NCBI GenBank assembly: GCA_964359735.1
Contig: CAYHTZ010000002.1
Span: forward strand, 22,937 to 86,936
Direction: 5' to 3'
DNA from: an uncultured Candidatus Saccharibacteria bacterium
GTDB taxonomy: Bacteria; Patescibacteriota; Andersenbacteria; UBA10190
Length of the DNA stretch: 64,000 bases
The translations under genes were made by a program, and so were the position numbers. Numbering within the stretch: the stretch's first letter is position 1; each line of letters starts with the position of its first letter. Positions 62,223 through 64,000 of the stretch are shown in pieces. The notes beneath the pieces are model-generated. The model was not told where the DNA came from. It made no database searches and worked only from the letters and a program-made list of their open reading frames with translations.

Positions 62223-64000
62223 ATGAGTATTTTTGTTCGGGTACGTCAGCACTACATGAAGAAAGGGGCGGTTTTGCTTTTGGTGAGCTGGATGAGTTTG
62301 CTCGCCCCTGCGGTTGCACTTGCCCAAGACGCTGTCGATGCAGAGGGCAATCCCACGGGGCCAACGGAGCCTACGGGGGCCACAGGGCCAACAGGGCCGA
62401 CCGAGCCTACCGGGCCAACAGGGCCCACGGGCCCAAGTTGTGTGGGAACGGCATGTCCAGTAGAGGCCGCCAGTGAGTCCGAGGTTAGTGCCGAGAACAG
62501 CAACACCGGTCCGGATTCAACGAACACTTCTGAGACTCAGGTAGACAGTTCAACCTCCACGAGCAAGTCGAACACGGTGGATGACACAACGAATGCAACG
62601 GCGACAGGGACGACGGGAGGAAGCACTGCTAGCGATAATACGGCTACGAATGGGATTACCACGGGGAATGTCGGAGTTGGGGCAACGGTGGTTACGCAGG
62701 ACAATACCGCCTTGGTGAATGGGACAGCTGGGTTAGAAGTGGATGGCTATAAGGGTGATTATACGGGTGACTACACAGTCGGCTTCGGGGCGGGAACGGC
62801 TGACCTGTCCGACGGTGGCTCGTACAGCGCGATTAACGGTACGACGGGACAGAACTCAACGAATACGGCCGACTTAGAAGCTATCGTGAGAAGGTTCATT
62901 GAGGTGGAGAACGACGGCACAATTGAGAAGAACCTGAAATTCGTGGGGAATTCTGGTGATAATACGGCTACTAATAACACCAGCGATGCGCCCATTACGA
63001 CGGGAAATGTAGACTTAGCTGCGACCGTGGTCAACTTGCTCAACACCAATGTCATTAATGGAACGTTGATGATATCGGTCGCTGATTTCTTCGGTAACCT
63101 CATAGGTAATATTGTGCTTCCTGATTTGGCGGCCTTGGCGGCGGCATATCTGCCAGCAACTTCACCGGTCATTGAGCTTGGCAATGAGAACACCGGCCCG
63201 AACTCAACGAATACGGCCACGGTGGATTGGAAGGAGAAAGAGAAGACGAGTGTGGAGAATGATGCTCTTGTCACCACCAACGCCACCGCAGATTTAAATA
63301 CCGGTGAGAACAAAGCCGACTTGAATACGGGCGGTGGATTTGTGGACTCAGGAGATGCCAGTGCCTCACTAACGAATGTTTCTGTGGTCAACACAACAGT
63401 GGAAGGGGGCGTTTATTTCCTCGGACTCATTAATGCGTTTAATGGATTCTTTGGTGTCCTCTTCGGCCAAAATGGGGATGTGCGACTGCTCTCTCAAGAT
63501 GAGACGCTCGACATGCTGGCGAAGAATGTAAACACAGGCGAGGGTTCGGACAATAAAGCCTACGTCTCCTATGAAGAAGAAACGACTACCACCGTGGAGA
63601 ACGATGCTAAGATTACGAATAATTTGTACTTCGACGGAAACTCAGGGGGAAACACAGCCAGTAGTAATACGGGTGCAGGTACAGTCAACACAGGGAATGT
63701 CCGAGCCCAGGGCACGACCGTCAATTTTGCGAATACCACGGTGAAGGATGCCGCGCTCTTTGTGTCGGTGATCAACATCTTCGGTGATTGGTTCGGTGAC
63801 CTCTTGTATGGTGGAACGTCGCTCTTGGCCTCGGCTCGCCCGGCTAGCTCAGGGCAAGCGGTGAATGCGGAGGCAACGAATCAGAATACTGGACCGGAAT
63901 CTGAGAATATCGCGGAAGTAAATGTGGATCGCACTCAGAAAACCACTGTTGATAACGATGCTCGCCTCCGGGCGAACCTCACGGGGAATCTAAACACGGG
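62223..64000 (+). CDS. Large secreted NTG-repeat protein with a short GPT collagen-like tract (3'-partial; not in the ORF track)
   Basis: Manual translation: MSIFVRVRQHYMKKGAVLLLVSWMSLLAPAVALAQD...PTGPTEPTGATGPTGPT...NTGPDSTN. The same frame reads ...NLTGNLNTG at the window end. Alternative start at 62256. Confidence 0.85.
   Translation, partial: MSIFVRVRQHYMKKGAVLLLVSWMSLLAPAVALAQDAVDAEGNPTGPTEPTGATGPTGPTEPTGPTGPTGPSCVGTACPVEAASESEVSAENSNTGPDSTNTSETQVDSSTSTSKSNTVDDTTNATATGTTGGSTASDNTATNGITTGNVGVGATVVTQDNTALVNGTAGLEVDGYKGDYTGDYTVGFGAGTADLSDGGSYSAINGTTGQNSTNTADLEAIVRRFIEVENDGTIEKNLKFVGNSGDNTATNNTSDAPITTGNVDLAATVVNLLNTNVINGTLMISVADFFGNLIGNIVLPDLAALAAAYLPATSPVIELGNENTGPNSTNTATVDWKEKEKTSVENDALVTTNATADLNTGENKADLNTGGGFVDSGDASASLTNVSVVNTTVEGGVYFLGLINAFNGFFGVLFGQNGDVRLLSQDETLDMLAKNVNTGEGSDNKAYVSYEEETTTTVENDAKITNNLYFDGNSGGNTASSNTGAGTVNTGNVRAQGTTVNFANTTVKDAALFVSVINIFGDWFGDLLYGGTSLLASARPASSGQAVNAEATNQNTGPESENIAEVNVDRTQKTTVDNDARLRANLTGNLNT

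Noticed and set aside
62126-62476. 116-aa ORF from the ORF track
   Set aside because: It overlaps a hairpin and the signal-peptide-bearing frame starting at 62223, which is the better-supported gene.

Overview
Bacterial chromosome segment of roughly 55% GC (estimated by eye). Gene content points to a Patescibacteria/CPR genome: a VirB4-like ATPase with a pilin, lamin-tail surface proteins, a short YebC, a degenerate DHH protein and NTG-repeat secreted proteins; this assignment is inferred. The window spans the replication-origin region (jag-yidC-yidD-rnpA-rpmH / dnaA-dnaN-recF-DciA-like, with DnaA boxes). It also carries a glycosylation cluster, PBP1A with an ATP-grasp/7TM module, ruvC-yebC and ruvB, polA, a GT2 synthase followed by a TasA/SipW-type locus, a MacB plus tandem-RND transporter block, and repeat-rich secreted proteins. 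The most striking unexplained structure is a family of GC-rich palindromic repeats (core CCCCTT-CGT-AAGGGG). Two copies bracket a lone DUF559 endonuclease gene in inverted orientation. The same pair recurs without the gene after polA, and related copies are inserted in frame inside several proteins, which suggests a REP/REPIN-like mobile system driven by a DUF559 nuclease. Other notable items are an unannotated ~140-nt structured RNA with its own sigma70 promoter, a repeat-disrupted duplicate of the polA start, inverted heptamer arrays, and a protein with an exact 270-bp four-fold repeat. No CRISPR array, tRNA or rRNA was seen. All product calls come from motif recognition, not database searches.
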